In this document: positions 29,961-40,085 of the stretch, in pieces | Layout: each line of letters opens with the position of its first letter | Position numbering within the stretch: the first letter of the stretch is position 1 | NCBI GenBank assembly: GCA_965261595.1 | Contig: CBDHDG010000005.1 | Span: 384,001-448,000 of the forward strand | Reading direction: 5' to 3' | DNA length: 64,000 bases | Source: a bacterium | Lineage (GTDB): Bacteria > UBA8248 > JACPRG01 > G963555815 | The notes under the pieces: model-generated | The model's database searches: none | The model's input: only the letters and a program-made list of their open reading frames with translations | What the model was told of the DNA's origin: nothing | Position numbers and translations under genes: made by a program

Positions 29961-31169
29961 ATGCGCGGCCGCATCGGTTGGTCCCCCTTGATCGCATTCA
30001 TCCTGGCGGGTTGTTGCGCGCCCGGCGGCCCCCTGGTCCGGGTCCCGCCGGCTCCGGATATCGAGGCGGCGCGCAAAGAGAATTCGGTGATTTGGTATAC
30101 CTCGCTTCGGCGGGAAACGGCCGCCAAGCTGATGGAGGCCTTTCGGCGGGCATCCGGAATCGATGTCCGCGGCTTCCATGGGTCGGACGCGGCGTTGAAA
30201 TCGCGGTTCGTCGGAGAGTGGACCGGGAAGAAGGCCGGAGCGGACCTTCTCCAGTTGACCGACCCCGGGATGTTCGCCGATCTCAAAGCGCGCGGGCTCC
30301 TGCGCCGGGCGGATACGCCGAACCTACTGAAAGTCCCGCGCTGGCTGAGGGATCCGGGGGGGTTCTGGGTTGCGTCCCACATTGTGACGGCGGTCCTGGC
30401 GTATCGGCCCGATCGTCTCAAGCCGAGGAGCGTCCCCCGCTCCTGGAGCGCGCTGGCCGACGCGCGTTTCCGGAACCGGCTGATCGTCCCCGATCCGGCC
30501 GAAAGCGGGCCGGCGTTTTATTGGGCGGCGGCGATGGTGAGACTCCATGGCTGGAATTTTCTCGAGGCCCTGGGCCGGAACGCGGCGGCCGTCCTTCCCT
30601 ACCGTGAAGCCGCCGGACGGCTGGCCGCCGGACAGGCCTGGGTCTCGGGCGGGTTGTCGGGCGAGGGTGTCTGGCGGGCGGTAAGGGCCGGGCGTCCGGT
30701 GGCGCTCGGGATTCCCGCCGAGGGCGTCCCGGCGATCCCCGCGGCGGCGGCCTTGCCGGAGGGGGCGCCCCATCCCATCGCGGGCGCGGCGTTCCTGGAT
30801 TTTCTGTTGTCTCCGCCGGCCCAGCGGATTCTCGCCGGCGACGGATTTTACCCCGCCCTTCCGGATGTCCGGGCGCCGGCCGGGCGCACGGCGCTGAATC
30901 GGCTCCGCCTGCTTCAGCTTCCCTGGGAGCGAACCGCCCGGTCCGGAGAGAAATTCCGCCGGAGGCTGGGCCGAAGCCTGAGGGCCGCCGCCCGATCGGG
31001 TGCAATGTTCCCTGAATCTCCCGGAGTCGCGGGGGCGTCCCGGCCGGCCGGCCGAAGGACGCGGGCGCTTCCGGTCGAGCCGGTTCGCGGCGGTGCCCAC
31101 CCATGCGGCGGGTTCGGATTTCAAACGGCCGGACTTCAACCCTTCCGGGTCTCACTCCGAAGCCGGTGA
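29961..31169 (+). CDS. ABC transporter substrate-binding lipoprotein (Fe3+/2-AEP/thiamine class)
   Basis: LAGC lipobox, AARKE..VIWYTS, PRSWSAL, APHP..FLDFLLS..AQ; the C-terminal tail looks spurious. Confidence 0.8.
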   Translation: MRGRIGWSPLIAFILAGCCAPGGPLVRVPPAPDIEAARKENSVIWYTSLRRETAAKLMEAFRRASGIDVRGFHGSDAALKSRFVGEWTGKKAGADLLQLTDPGMFADLKARGLLRRADTPNLLKVPRWLRDPGGFWVASHIVTAVLAYRPDRLKPRSVPRSWSALADARFRNRLIVPDPAESGPAFYWAAAMVRLHGWNFLEALGRNAAAVLPYREAAGRLAAGQAWVSGGLSGEGVWRAVRAGRPVALGIPAEGVPAIPAAAALPEGAPHPIAGAAFLDFLLSPPAQRILAGDGFYPALPDVRAPAGRTALNRLRLLQLPWERTARSGEKFRRRLGRSLRAAARSGAMFPESPGVAGASRPAGRRTRALPVEPVRGGAHPCGGFGFQTAGLQPFRVSLRSR

Positions 31170-31182
31170 CTCCTCCTCGCGG

Positions 31183-32730
31183 CTATTGTCGTTTGACGAA
31201 TATCGGATTGGTGATCAGGTGGGCGGAGCGTGAGACCTGGGCGTCCAGCCGGTAGTATACGGTTTCGCCCTTGAGAGATTCGGTGTCGACGTGCCGCGTC
31301 TCAAGGGGCGTCTTCCCCGTGAACGTCCGGATGACCTTTCCGTTCCGGATGAGCTGGACCGTGAGGTCCCGGGCGCTGTCGTCGGAGGCGGAGATGCGGA
31401 ACCGGATCTCGGGGGGGGTGTCGGTCGTCAAGGTTTCTCCGGACAGGGCCATCAGGTTCCGATCGCGCGAGAGGATCTCAAAGCGGTCCAGGCGCAGCCG
31501 CCCCGGGCCGTAACCCCGGACCACGTACATCCGTCCTTCCTGAAGGGCCGTGAGGACTTCCTTCTCGGAGCGTTTTTTGAGCAGGAAGACGGTCTGAATG
31601 TCCGACAGCCGCTTTCGCGAACGAATTTCTTTCTTGTTATGGAAATCGACTCCCCCGTAGGCCCAGACGGGGGTCTTTCGTTTGTTTTGGATGTATTCCC
31701 CGAGGACCCGGTCCCATTGCCGGCCGGGTTTGCTGGCGACGAAGTTATCCTCATAAATGGCGTCGAAAGCCGTATATCCCGTCGATTCAATCAGGACGTC
31801 GGGGTTGGGGTCCGTCTCCAGCGTCACGGGACCGAGGTTTTGCGTTTTCAGGAGGGAGCCTTGATGCGCCCACAGGACGACCCCCCCCTTTTTGACGGCC
31901 GCGTTGATGAGGGCCTGGTACGGCAAGATGCCCGGGTCTCCGCCGTAAGGATCGCTCGGGGGCTTCACGAAGGGGAGCTCGTTCACCGCGAGCGGAACGA
32001 GCGCGACAAAGATGAGGAACCCCACAAACCGCCGGAATCCCCGCCGGAACATGAAGAGGATGCCGATGAGGACGCCGAATCCGTAGATGGCCGAAAAGAG
32101 GTACGGCCAAAAAGTCCGGGGAAACGCGGAGGCCCCCCTTTCGAGCAGCAGGTTCGGCGAGACGCCTCCGGCCACGGGAAGCGAAAGGAAATCCTCCGGC
32201 CGGTTCAGCCCGAGGATGTGCATGTGCCGCCGCCAGTTGTGGGCGACCAGATTCTTCTTGAAGGGATCGCCGCTGAAGTGGTAGTGGGCGGCCGCCTCGA
32301 CTCCGGGGATGATCAGGACCTTCGGGTGCGCCCGATTCGCTTTCGCGACGGCCGCCAGGTATCGGCCCACGCCCGCCTGGAAGACCGAGCGTCTTTCCTC
32401 TCGAACGCGGAGAACGTTTTGAATCGGATAGACTCCCCACGTCATCGAGAGCCGGGCGTGGTCGGTCAGGACGAGAATGCTGAGGCCGTCTTCCTCGGCC
32501 ATTTTCGCCAGCTCGTCGATGGAGAATTCCCCCGAGCTGAAATTGGAGTGCACGTGCACCGCCGCGCGGTAGGGTCTCGGGGCCTGGGCCGCGGCCCGGC
32601 CGGAAAGGCCGAGGCCCGCGACGGCCAGGACGACCGCGAAGAGGGACGGGAGAAGCCTGAGGATTCGGCGCCCCCGTCGGATTCCGGGCGTCCGCCCGGG
32701 CGGACGGTCAGAAAATGAGATCGATGACAA
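31183..32730 (-). CDS. Membrane-anchored PHP-domain metallohydrolase
   Basis: HVHS..S.G, LTDH, GVE, H.H, AH, GVDFH; two internal hydrophobic helices; start uncertain. Confidence 0.78.
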   Translation of the reverse strand: MSSISFSDRPPGRTPGIRRGRRILRLLPSLFAVVLAVAGLGLSGRAAAQAPRPYRAAVHVHSNFSSGEFSIDELAKMAEEDGLSILVLTDHARLSMTWGVYPIQNVLRVREERRSVFQAGVGRYLAAVAKANRAHPKVLIIPGVEAAAHYHFSGDPFKKNLVAHNWRRHMHILGLNRPEDFLSLPVAGGVSPNLLLERGASAFPRTFWPYLFSAIYGFGVLIGILFMFRRGFRRFVGFLIFVALVPLAVNELPFVKPPSDPYGGDPGILPYQALINAAVKKGGVVLWAHQGSLLKTQNLGPVTLETDPNPDVLIESTGYTAFDAIYEDNFVASKPGRQWDRVLGEYIQNKRKTPVWAYGGVDFHNKKEIRSRKRLSDIQTVFLLKKRSEKEVLTALQEGRMYVVRGYGPGRLRLDRFEILSRDRNLMALSGETLTTDTPPEIRFRISASDDSARDLTVQLIRNGKVIRTFTGKTPLETRHVDTESLKGETVYYRLDAQVSRSAHLITNPIFVKRQ

Positions 32731-32836
32731 AGCTTGGAACCCCGTAGAGCGTCAGGAAGAAAACCAGGATGAGATAGAGCAGGCAGAGCAGGAAAGTGAA
32801 TTTGCCGTGTCCGCGGGAGGGGTTTCGTCGGGCCAT
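32708..32836 (-). CDS. Possible small single-TM protein
   Basis: MARRNPSRGHGKFTFLLCLLYLILVFFLTLYGVPSFVIDLIF, overlapping the 5' end of the PHP gene. Confidence 0.4.
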   Translation of the reverse strand: MARRNPSRGHGKFTFLLCLLYLILVFFLTLYGVPSFVIDLIF

Positions 32837-33356
32837 GGATTTAGCGCACGTTTGAAGGGTAGTCGGGTCGCGTGATTCGCACGCCCATTCGGGCGCGGAC
32901 CGGAATGGATCGGCGGGTGGGCATGGATGATCCCGCAAAGGGATCACCATCCACCGGATGAACGGGCCTGGGCCGGATGACGGCCCCGAGAATCGGAGAG
33001 CGGGACCATGGCAGCCTCCACGGCGGGTTCCGAAGCTCCGGACGAATCCTTCGGGGCCTCAATCACCTAGCGTATCTTAGCATCACCGCGATGGCGCGTC
33101 ACCCGTTTTCTCCGAGGCAATCCACGGGTCGCCGCGGTGGGTATGGCGTTTCCGCGGGATAGCTGTTAGGCTGGCCTCGATAGGTTGGATTTCTTCACGC
33201 TCACGTACGCTTCCTTCCTGTATGTATCCGAATTTTCGATAGCGAATTTCACGCCGTGCATCGATTCCGAGAAAGGGATCGCATGGGTGAGACCTTTTCC
33301 ATCCGGACAGGGACGATGAGCGCGCGTCTCCTCCCGCTTGCAGAGGAAAGAACCCC

Positions 33357-34361
33357 ATGACCCGAAGTCGGACGGGGAGCGACCCCGGCGGGCGGACCGT
33401 CATCGATGTCCTGGAGCAGGGAGGAGAGGAGGGGGGGAAGGAGACCCTCTCCGAGATCCGCCTCGGCCTGCTCCGAACCCCCCGCGAGATTTCTTCGAAA
33501 TTCTTTTACGATGACCGGGGCTCGGCCCTCTTCGAGCGGATCTGCGATCTGCCCGAGTATTACCCGACGCGCGTCGAGCGCGCCCTGTTGACCCGATTCG
33601 CGGATCGGATCGTGGACCGGAGCCGGGCGGACGTGCTGGTCGAGCTGGGCTCCGGATCCTCCACGAAAACGCGCCTTCTGCTCGACGCCTTGGCGCGCGC
33701 GAATCGGCTCTCGGCGTATGTCCCCTTCGATGTGAATCAGTCCTTTGTGCGGGAGGTCGCCGCCGGCCTGACGGCCGGATACCCGGGCCTCCGGGTTCAC
33801 GGCGTTGTGGGCGACTTCATGAAGCATCTGATGTACATCCCGGACGGAGGCAGGCGCTTGGTGATATTCCTGGGCGGGACCATCGGAAATATACAGCCGA
33901 GCCGGGCCGCCGCCTTTCTCTCGGGGGTGTCGGACCGGATGAGCGCCGGTGAGTTCTTTCTGCTGGGGACGGACCTGATCAAGGACGTGGATCGCCTGGA
34001 GGCCGCCTACAATGACACCCAAGGGGTGACGGCGGAATTCAACCGGAACGTCCTCCGGGTGATGAACGATCTCCTGGACGGCGATTTCGACCCGGAGGGC
34101 TTCGAACACCGGGCGTTCTACAATCGGGAGCGGGACAGGATCGAAACGCGCCTGCGATCGAAGCGGGAGCAGGTCGTCCGGTTGCCGGGAATCGAGATGG
34201 AGATCGCCTTCGAGCGCGGGGAGGAGATCCTGACCGAAGTCAGCGCGAAATACGATCGGCCCCGGGTCGAGGCGTTGTTGAGAGAGAGCGGCTTTGAGAT
34301 GGTCGAGTGGCTGACCGATCCGGAGAACCTGTTCGCCCTCAGCCTGGCGAAGAGGGTGTAG
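33357..34361 (+). CDS. egtD: L-histidine N-alpha-methyltransferase family (hercynine synthase)
   Basis: KFFYDDRGS.LFE.IC.LPEYYPTR.E, VELGSGS, FLGGTIGN, AYND..GVTAEFN, TEVS.K. Confidence 0.92.
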   Translation: MTRSRTGSDPGGRTVIDVLEQGGEEGGKETLSEIRLGLLRTPREISSKFFYDDRGSALFERICDLPEYYPTRVERALLTRFADRIVDRSRADVLVELGSGSSTKTRLLLDALARANRLSAYVPFDVNQSFVREVAAGLTAGYPGLRVHGVVGDFMKHLMYIPDGGRRLVIFLGGTIGNIQPSRAAAFLSGVSDRMSAGEFFLLGTDLIKDVDRLEAAYNDTQGVTAEFNRNVLRVMNDLLDGDFDPEGFEHRAFYNRERDRIETRLRSKREQVVRLPGIEMEIAFERGEEILTEVSAKYDRPRVEALLRESGFEMVEWLTDPENLFALSLAKRV

Positions 34362-34381
34362 CGCCCTTCTCGCGCCGTACG

Positions 34382-34819
34382 TCAACCCATGAAATCGTAC
34401 ACGTCCTTTCCTTCCTGCGGCCGGGCGGCGACGGCCTCGATGGCGATCTTCCGCTCGTCGCGGAGCCCGCTGACCTCCACCATGGAGATCGCGGGCAGGC
34501 TCTCTGGAAAGGCGGCTTCCAGGGCCTTGTCGATGGCTTGGGCGTCACGCGGGTCCGTCAGGTAGATGGTGCACTGGAGGACGTGGGCCAGGCTCTGCCC
34601 GTTCGCCGTCAGGACAAGTTCCAGGTTCTCGAGCGCGCGCGCGGTTTGTTCGGAGCACAGGGGGCTGACCACCTTTCCCGACTTGTCCACGCCCGAGATG
34701 GCCCCGGTGAAGGTGAATCCGTTGCATTCGACCGCGGCGGGGAAGGGGCCGGCGCCCACCTCGGCCCGCACCGGCCGCCGGGGGCCATGTCCGTTCGCTT
34801 CAGGCTTGTTCTCGGCCAA
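34382..34819 (-). CDS. RidA/YjgF family protein
   Basis: EQTARALENL..VL, TIYLTD, PAISMVEVSGL..IAIEAVA; TTG start after GGGGAGG; the catalytic Arg appears replaced (PAIS). Confidence 0.8.
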   Translation of the reverse strand: MAENKPEANGHGPRRPVRAEVGAGPFPAAVECNGFTFTGAISGVDKSGKVVSPLCSEQTARALENLELVLTANGQSLAHVLQCTIYLTDPRDAQAIDKALEAAFPESLPAISMVEVSGLRDERKIAIEAVAARPQEGKDVYDFMG

Positions 34820-34923
34820 GGCCGGACCCTCCCCATGACTTCGATTCGCTGAGCGTTTTCCTCCCGGGTTTCCGCCCCGGGACGATTCATGCTGACCGAG
34901 CGGGGACCCTTCCCCTTTTTCGG

Positions 34924-36324
34924 TCAAACAGCCTTTGAAACCCCCTGAAGCCGCGGCGATCGCAGCCGCTCCGCCAGGTCCCGGGCCCACGCCATCTTCT
35001 CGGCGTCCATTTGGAGCCTTTCGGCGAAGGGGTCGTCGGTGGGTTTTGTGGCGTCGACGCCCAGTTTCGCCGTCACCCCCTGCTCGCTGGCGGAGGGATC
35101 CAGAATGGCGCCGAGGGCGCCGGGGATGATCACCAGGTCCCGGTCGGCCTGAACCCGGGTCGTCATGGCCCAGATAACGTCTGAATCGTTAAAGACATCC
35201 ACGTCGTCGTCTACGATAACGACGAACTTCAGGTAGTGGTCCACGCCCAGGGCGATGGCGATGGCGTGCTTGGCCTCTCCGGGGCGGGTCTGGCGCATCG
35301 AGATGAAAGCGGTGAAGGCGGCGCACCCGGAGTTGGGGAGGTGTACGTCCTTCACGCCGGGGATGGATTTCCGCAGGGCGTTGCGGACTTCCATCTCCCG
35401 CAGGCAGCCCACCGTGGTGAGGTGGTCGCCGGCCATTCCGGAGGCGATGCTCTGGAACCAGGCATCCTCGCGCATCGAGATGGCGTTGACCTGGAAGACG
35501 TTCTCCGTGCTTCTGGCGGAGAAATATCCCGTGAACTCGCCGAACGGCCCCTCGGGTTCCCGCGCGCCCGCGAGGAATTCCCCCTCGATGACAATCTCGC
35601 TCCAGGCGGGCACGTGAAGATCGAGGGTGGCGCATTTGGCGATCTCCATCGGCTCGCCGAACAGTCCGCCGACGGCCTGAAACTTGCTGACCTCCGGCGG
35701 CGGGTAGGACAGAGAGCCCATCGCGACGGCGGGGTGAAGGCCCAGGCAGATGGCCGCCGGCATGTTTTCGCCCCGTTCTTCGTACAGGCGCAGGTACTCG
35801 AACATCCGCCTGCGCGAGTGGAGGCTGCAACCCATCTTTCTCGCCCCCTTGATTTGAAAGCGGTGGTAACCCTCCGTCACGACGCCCGTGTCCGGATGTT
35901 GGGCCACCAGCATGCCGGCGGTGAGGTAGGGTCCGGCGTCTCCGGGGAAGTACGTGGGGATCGGGAGCCGGGCCAGGTCGGCGTCTTCGCCCTTGAGGAG
36001 GATTTGGCGGAACGGCGGGTCCTCGACCGACACCGGGTCGATGTATTCCTTGAGCCGGCCTGAATATTCTTCGACCAATCGGTCCTCGGGCGTCTCGATG
36101 GCCTTGGCCAGGGAGCGGCGTCCGGCCACGAGATTGCAGATTACGGGAACTTGATGGCCCTTGATGTTGTCAAAGAATAAGATTGGATATTGCCCCTGCC
36201 GTTCATATTCGAGGACCAGGGCCATGATGTCGTATTCCAGGTCGACCGGCTCAGAGACCCGAATCATCTCCTCGGGGAATTCTTTTTCAAACGCCTGGAT
36301 GAAGCTTCGAAGATCCTGGTTCAT
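34924..36324 (-). CDS. UbiD family decarboxylase
   Basis: MNQDLRSFI, GYHR, EGPFGEFTGY, VDDDVD, GVDATK. Confidence 0.93.
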   Translation of the reverse strand: MNQDLRSFIQAFEKEFPEEMIRVSEPVDLEYDIMALVLEYERQGQYPILFFDNIKGHQVPVICNLVAGRRSLAKAIETPEDRLVEEYSGRLKEYIDPVSVEDPPFRQILLKGEDADLARLPIPTYFPGDAGPYLTAGMLVAQHPDTGVVTEGYHRFQIKGARKMGCSLHSRRRMFEYLRLYEERGENMPAAICLGLHPAVAMGSLSYPPPEVSKFQAVGGLFGEPMEIAKCATLDLHVPAWSEIVIEGEFLAGAREPEGPFGEFTGYFSARSTENVFQVNAISMREDAWFQSIASGMAGDHLTTVGCLREMEVRNALRKSIPGVKDVHLPNSGCAAFTAFISMRQTRPGEAKHAIAIALGVDHYLKFVVIVDDDVDVFNDSDVIWAMTTRVQADRDLVIIPGALGAILDPSASEQGVTAKLGVDATKPTDDPFAERLQMDAEKMAWARDLAERLRSPRLQGVSKAV

Positions 36325-36685
36325 GATTTCTCCTTCCCGCCGGCGCGGCGGACGGCGTCGGGTCGGCCGGGTCGAGAGCCCGGAGCGCGTCGGGCGCAAG
36401 GCGTTCATCGGTCCTGACCGTAAATCCCAAGTGCACATTGGACCATTTGGACACATATCCTATCAAATCGGCAAATGAAGGGTGCGTTTTTGAGGAATGC
36501 GGTTCGGGGGCGGACGGGAGAGGATCCTGACCCCCGGATGGTTTCAACGGCGAAGCGGGAGTTCTGGTAAAATTCCCTGATCTGTGGGCGCTGTCGTTTC
36601 CGGCGGTTTGTCCCTCGGGTGGGTGGACCCTACGGGTTGGTTCTTTGGCCCCGGGGTCGGGAAAAATCTCGGAAGGAGCGGATGG

Positions 36686-37844
36686 ATGTCTCGGAGAGTC
36701 GGGTTCCCGATGAAGTTTCAAAAGATGGTGAGTTTGCTGTTCTTGATGGTTTTGGGGGTTGCCGGGCCGGTTTCTCCGGGGGCCGATGCGCAGGAGATCA
36801 AGTGCCGGGCGCCCGGGTCGGAGTCCGCTCGGGCCATCGCCGCCAAGATCAGCACGAAAACCCTTGCGTCCATCGTGAAGGCGAGCGGCTCCTTCGAGAC
36901 CAAGGTGTAGCGCATCCGGAACGTCTCGCCCAAAGGGGCGAACTTCGACATCATCGCCTTCCGGCTGTGCGAGGCCGCGCAAAACAGGCTCATCACGCGC
37001 GAGTTTTATCAAAAATACCTCCTTTACAAGCCTTCGCCCCGTCGGGACTGTCGCCGAGAAGTGGAACCTGAGCGGGGACGTTTACGTCAAAGGCAATCGG
37101 ACCGACCGCCTGGCGAACGCGGAAGTGGAGCTGGGCTTTGAGCCGCCCCGTGTGACCTCCACCGCTCCCGATGGCACCTTCAGCTTCGCCATGCGGGAAG
37201 AGGACGCGGGCAAGGCCGTGGTCGTCCGGATCAGAAAGCCCGGCTACCGGATATTCGTCAGCCGGGTGGTTCTGAAGACCAACATGGCATCCCTCAAGGT
37301 CCCCATGCGCCCCCTCAAGGACACGTTCGTGTTCATCGGAAAGGTGACCAACAGCGAGGGGACCCGTCCGCTGGCGGGCGCCCGGGTGACGCTCGGAACC
37401 GATCCCCCGTCCGATGTCCGGACGAAATCCGACGGACGTTTCCGCTTCGACGTGGACCGCGACAATCTTGAACAATTCGTGAGCCTGCGGGTGGCGCGAA
37501 ACGGCTACCGGTCCTATGTGAAAGACATCCGTCTGGCCGAGAAGATGAAGAAGCCCGTGACCGTGATGCTCGAGCGCACGACCTTCCGCGTGCGGGGGTC
37601 CATTCGGGACAAAGAGACGCAGGAGCCCCTGGAAGGCGTTCGAATCACCCTCAGGACGGAACCGGTCACGCGGGCGTCCACCGGCAGCGACGGGAAGTTC
37701 AACCTTCGGGTCCCGATGAAATACGACGGCGAGTTCGCCGCTCTTCGGGCCGAGAAGCCGGGTTTCAAGACGTACACGGCGGACGTCGAGCTCGCAAAAG
37801 ACGGTGGGGATCCGGTCGAGGTGGAGATGTCCCTGGCCCAGTAA
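36686..37844 (+). pseudogene. Exported protein with carboxypeptidase-regulatory-like repeats; in-frame TAG (36908) and frameshift (~37040)
   Basis: Signal peptide; the frame stays protein-like after the TAG (FRLCEAAQN); three G.V....PL.GA.V...T..DG.F repeats in ORF 37125-37844. Confidence 0.65.
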
Positions 37845-37890
37845 GAGAGGAACCCGATCAGGTCGGGATTCTTGAGAGGAGTCGGGCGAA

Positions 37891-38800
37891 GTGAAAAAGT
37901 GGGCGCCGTTAATCGCGATGCTGTTGCTGCTCTTGTACGTGGGGAGCGTTGCGGCCCAGGACGACACCCCTCCCGCCGAAGAGGACCCCCCTCCCGTCGC
38001 GGATGAGAAGCCCCCGCCCTCCTCATTGCTTGAAGAGGACGACGAGGAGTTGACGGACGAGAAGGGCATGGCGCCGCTGGCGCCGTTCAAGGCCCCGAAA
38101 TTCAAGGCGATGGAGAGGTTCAAGCGGGAGGAGGAGGAGGAAAGGCGTAGAGAGAGGACGCCGCGCCTCCCGTCCGCGCAGCGTGCCCGGCGCGCCCACC
38201 GGGGCGATCACCGCGCTCACCCTGGCCGACCTGATGGCCGGCGGCGAGTCGCACATCAATCAACTCGTTCTGCTCAAGGTTTACTACATGGGCAAGGGGA
38301 GCTTGAAAGGGAAACGGTTCAAGATCCCCCGGGGGAAGTACAACAACATCCGGGTCCGGGACCGGGACCTCGAAGTCCTGAACCTGATCTTCGTGCCCAA
38401 AAAAGACGCGAGCATCCTCAGCCGCCTGAAGCGGAACTTTCGCGTCACGATGGTGGCGAAGGTGATCGACGTTCACAACCTGACCGACATGCCCATCCTG
38501 GTTGTGACGGTTCTGAAAAAAGGGTGGGAATTCAGCAAGGAGGATTTTCTCCCCGAGGGAGAGGCGCCCCCCGTCGCCTCCGTTCCCCCCGACGCGGACG
38601 ACACGCCGGCGGACACGCTGGATGCCGATTCGGAAACGCCCGACTTGGACGCCCCCCCGGCGGTCACCACCCCCGACTCCGACACCGCGGCCGAGGACAC
38701 GCCGCCGTCTGATGGGGACGCGCCGCCCGATGACGACGCGCCGCTCGATGATGACGCGCCTCCCGATGACGAGCCGCCCCCGCCGCCGCCGGATGATTGA
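37891..38800 (+). pseudogene. Exported Asp/Pro-rich hypothetical protein, frameshifted near 38141
   Basis: Signal peptide MKKWAPLIAMLLLLL..AAQ in ORF 37891; continues in the frame of ORF 38183-38800 with DDAPP repeats. Confidence 0.6.
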
Positions 38801-38847
38801 ACGAGGGCGCGGATCGCCTCCCCCCCCCTCCGGCGGCCGAAATGCCC

Positions 38848-39924
38848 TTACGGTTTGACGGCCACGCGCAGCGGATTTCCCTCGCGCTTTTCGAACATCT
38901 CCATGGCCCGTCCGATCTCTTCCAGCGGGAACTCGTGCGTCAGCATCCGCTGCGCGTTCACGGCCCCGTCGGCGATGAGCTGGATGGATGGGGGGTAGCA
39001 GTTGGGCGATCCCCGGGCGCCCAGAAGGCTGATCTCGTCCAGGACGAGGCGGTCGGTGTTGATGGGGATTTCCCGGCCTCCCGTGATGCCTTCCAGGACG
39101 ACGCGTCCGCCGCGCTTGACCATCCCGATGGCTTGGAGGGTGGCCTCCGGCGATCCGGAGCACTCGACGACGAGGTCGACGCCGGCCCCCCCGGTGTCGT
39201 CCATGACGATCCGGACCGGGTCTTCCCGGGTGATGTCGATGGCGAAGTCGGCCCCCAGCTCTTTGGCGACTTCCAGGCGGGGGCCGCGCCCGGTGATGTA
39301 GGTCTTCGACGCGCCGTAGTGCTTGGCCAGCTCCAGGACGCAGAGACCCAACAGGCCGGGGCCGGTGATGGCGACCTTGTCGGTGGGCGCCACCCGGCCG
39401 CCGCGGTCCAGGGCGTGCATGGCGATGACCACCTGGTTCACAATGACCCCCTCCTGCCAGCTCATGGAATCGGGGATCCGGTGGAGGTTGTTCGGCGGCG
39501 CCACGCCGTATTCGCTGAAGGCCCCGTTGAAGGTGTGGCCCAGTAAACGGTAACCGCCCTCGATGTCCTTTCCCGCCGCTTCGCAGATATGATAGTCGCC
39601 GCGGATGCACCGGGCGCACTGCCCGCATCCGATGGTGGGCTCCGCAATCACCCGATCGCCCACCTTCAGGTCACGCTTGACGTTCCGGCCGAGCGCCGCC
39701 ACGGTCCCGCACCATTCGTGTCCCTGAATGAAGGGGTAGTGGGACGGCCAGAGGGGACGCATGTGCCCGGACAGGATGTGCAGGTCCGTCCCGCAGATCC
39801 CGCACATCTCCACCCGGACCAGTACGTCGTCGGGCTCATAGTCGGGCAGGGGGACCTCCTCCACCCTTATGTCGTTCGCTTCGTGCGTGACGGCGGCTTT
39901 CATCGTTTTGGGAAGGGCGGTCAA
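38848..39924 (-). CDS. Zn-dependent alcohol dehydrogenase (sorbitol/threonine dehydrogenase-like MDR)
   Basis: GICGTDLH, GHE, CGQCARC..GDYHIC, GPGLLG. Confidence 0.92.
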   Translation of the reverse strand: MTALPKTMKAAVTHEANDIRVEEVPLPDYEPDDVLVRVEMCGICGTDLHILSGHMRPLWPSHYPFIQGHEWCGTVAALGRNVKRDLKVGDRVIAEPTIGCGQCARCIRGDYHICEAAGKDIEGGYRLLGHTFNGAFSEYGVAPPNNLHRIPDSMSWQEGVIVNQVVIAMHALDRGGRVAPTDKVAITGPGLLGLCVLELAKHYGASKTYITGRGPRLEVAKELGADFAIDITREDPVRIVMDDTGGAGVDLVVECSGSPEATLQAIGMVKRGGRVVLEGITGGREIPINTDRLVLDEISLLGARGSPNCYPPSIQLIADGAVNAQRMLTHEFPLEEIGRAMEMFEKREGNPLRVAVKP

Positions 39925-40085
39925 CGCGATTTCCTCCAGTTGGGCGGCCCGGCCATCGCCAGCCTGCGGCGCGATTGATCTTCATGTCCATTCGATTGTA
40001 ACCTGGGACCTGAATTCTGTCACATGCGGGGGGAGGGGGGCGCCGTTTCAGCCCGTCCCAGCCACATCGCATCGCTCTGGAGGGG

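Noticed and set aside
36908..36910. In-frame TAG as pyrrolysine
   Set aside because: Not a methylamine methyltransferase, no pyl genes seen, and a second lesion lies in the same gene.
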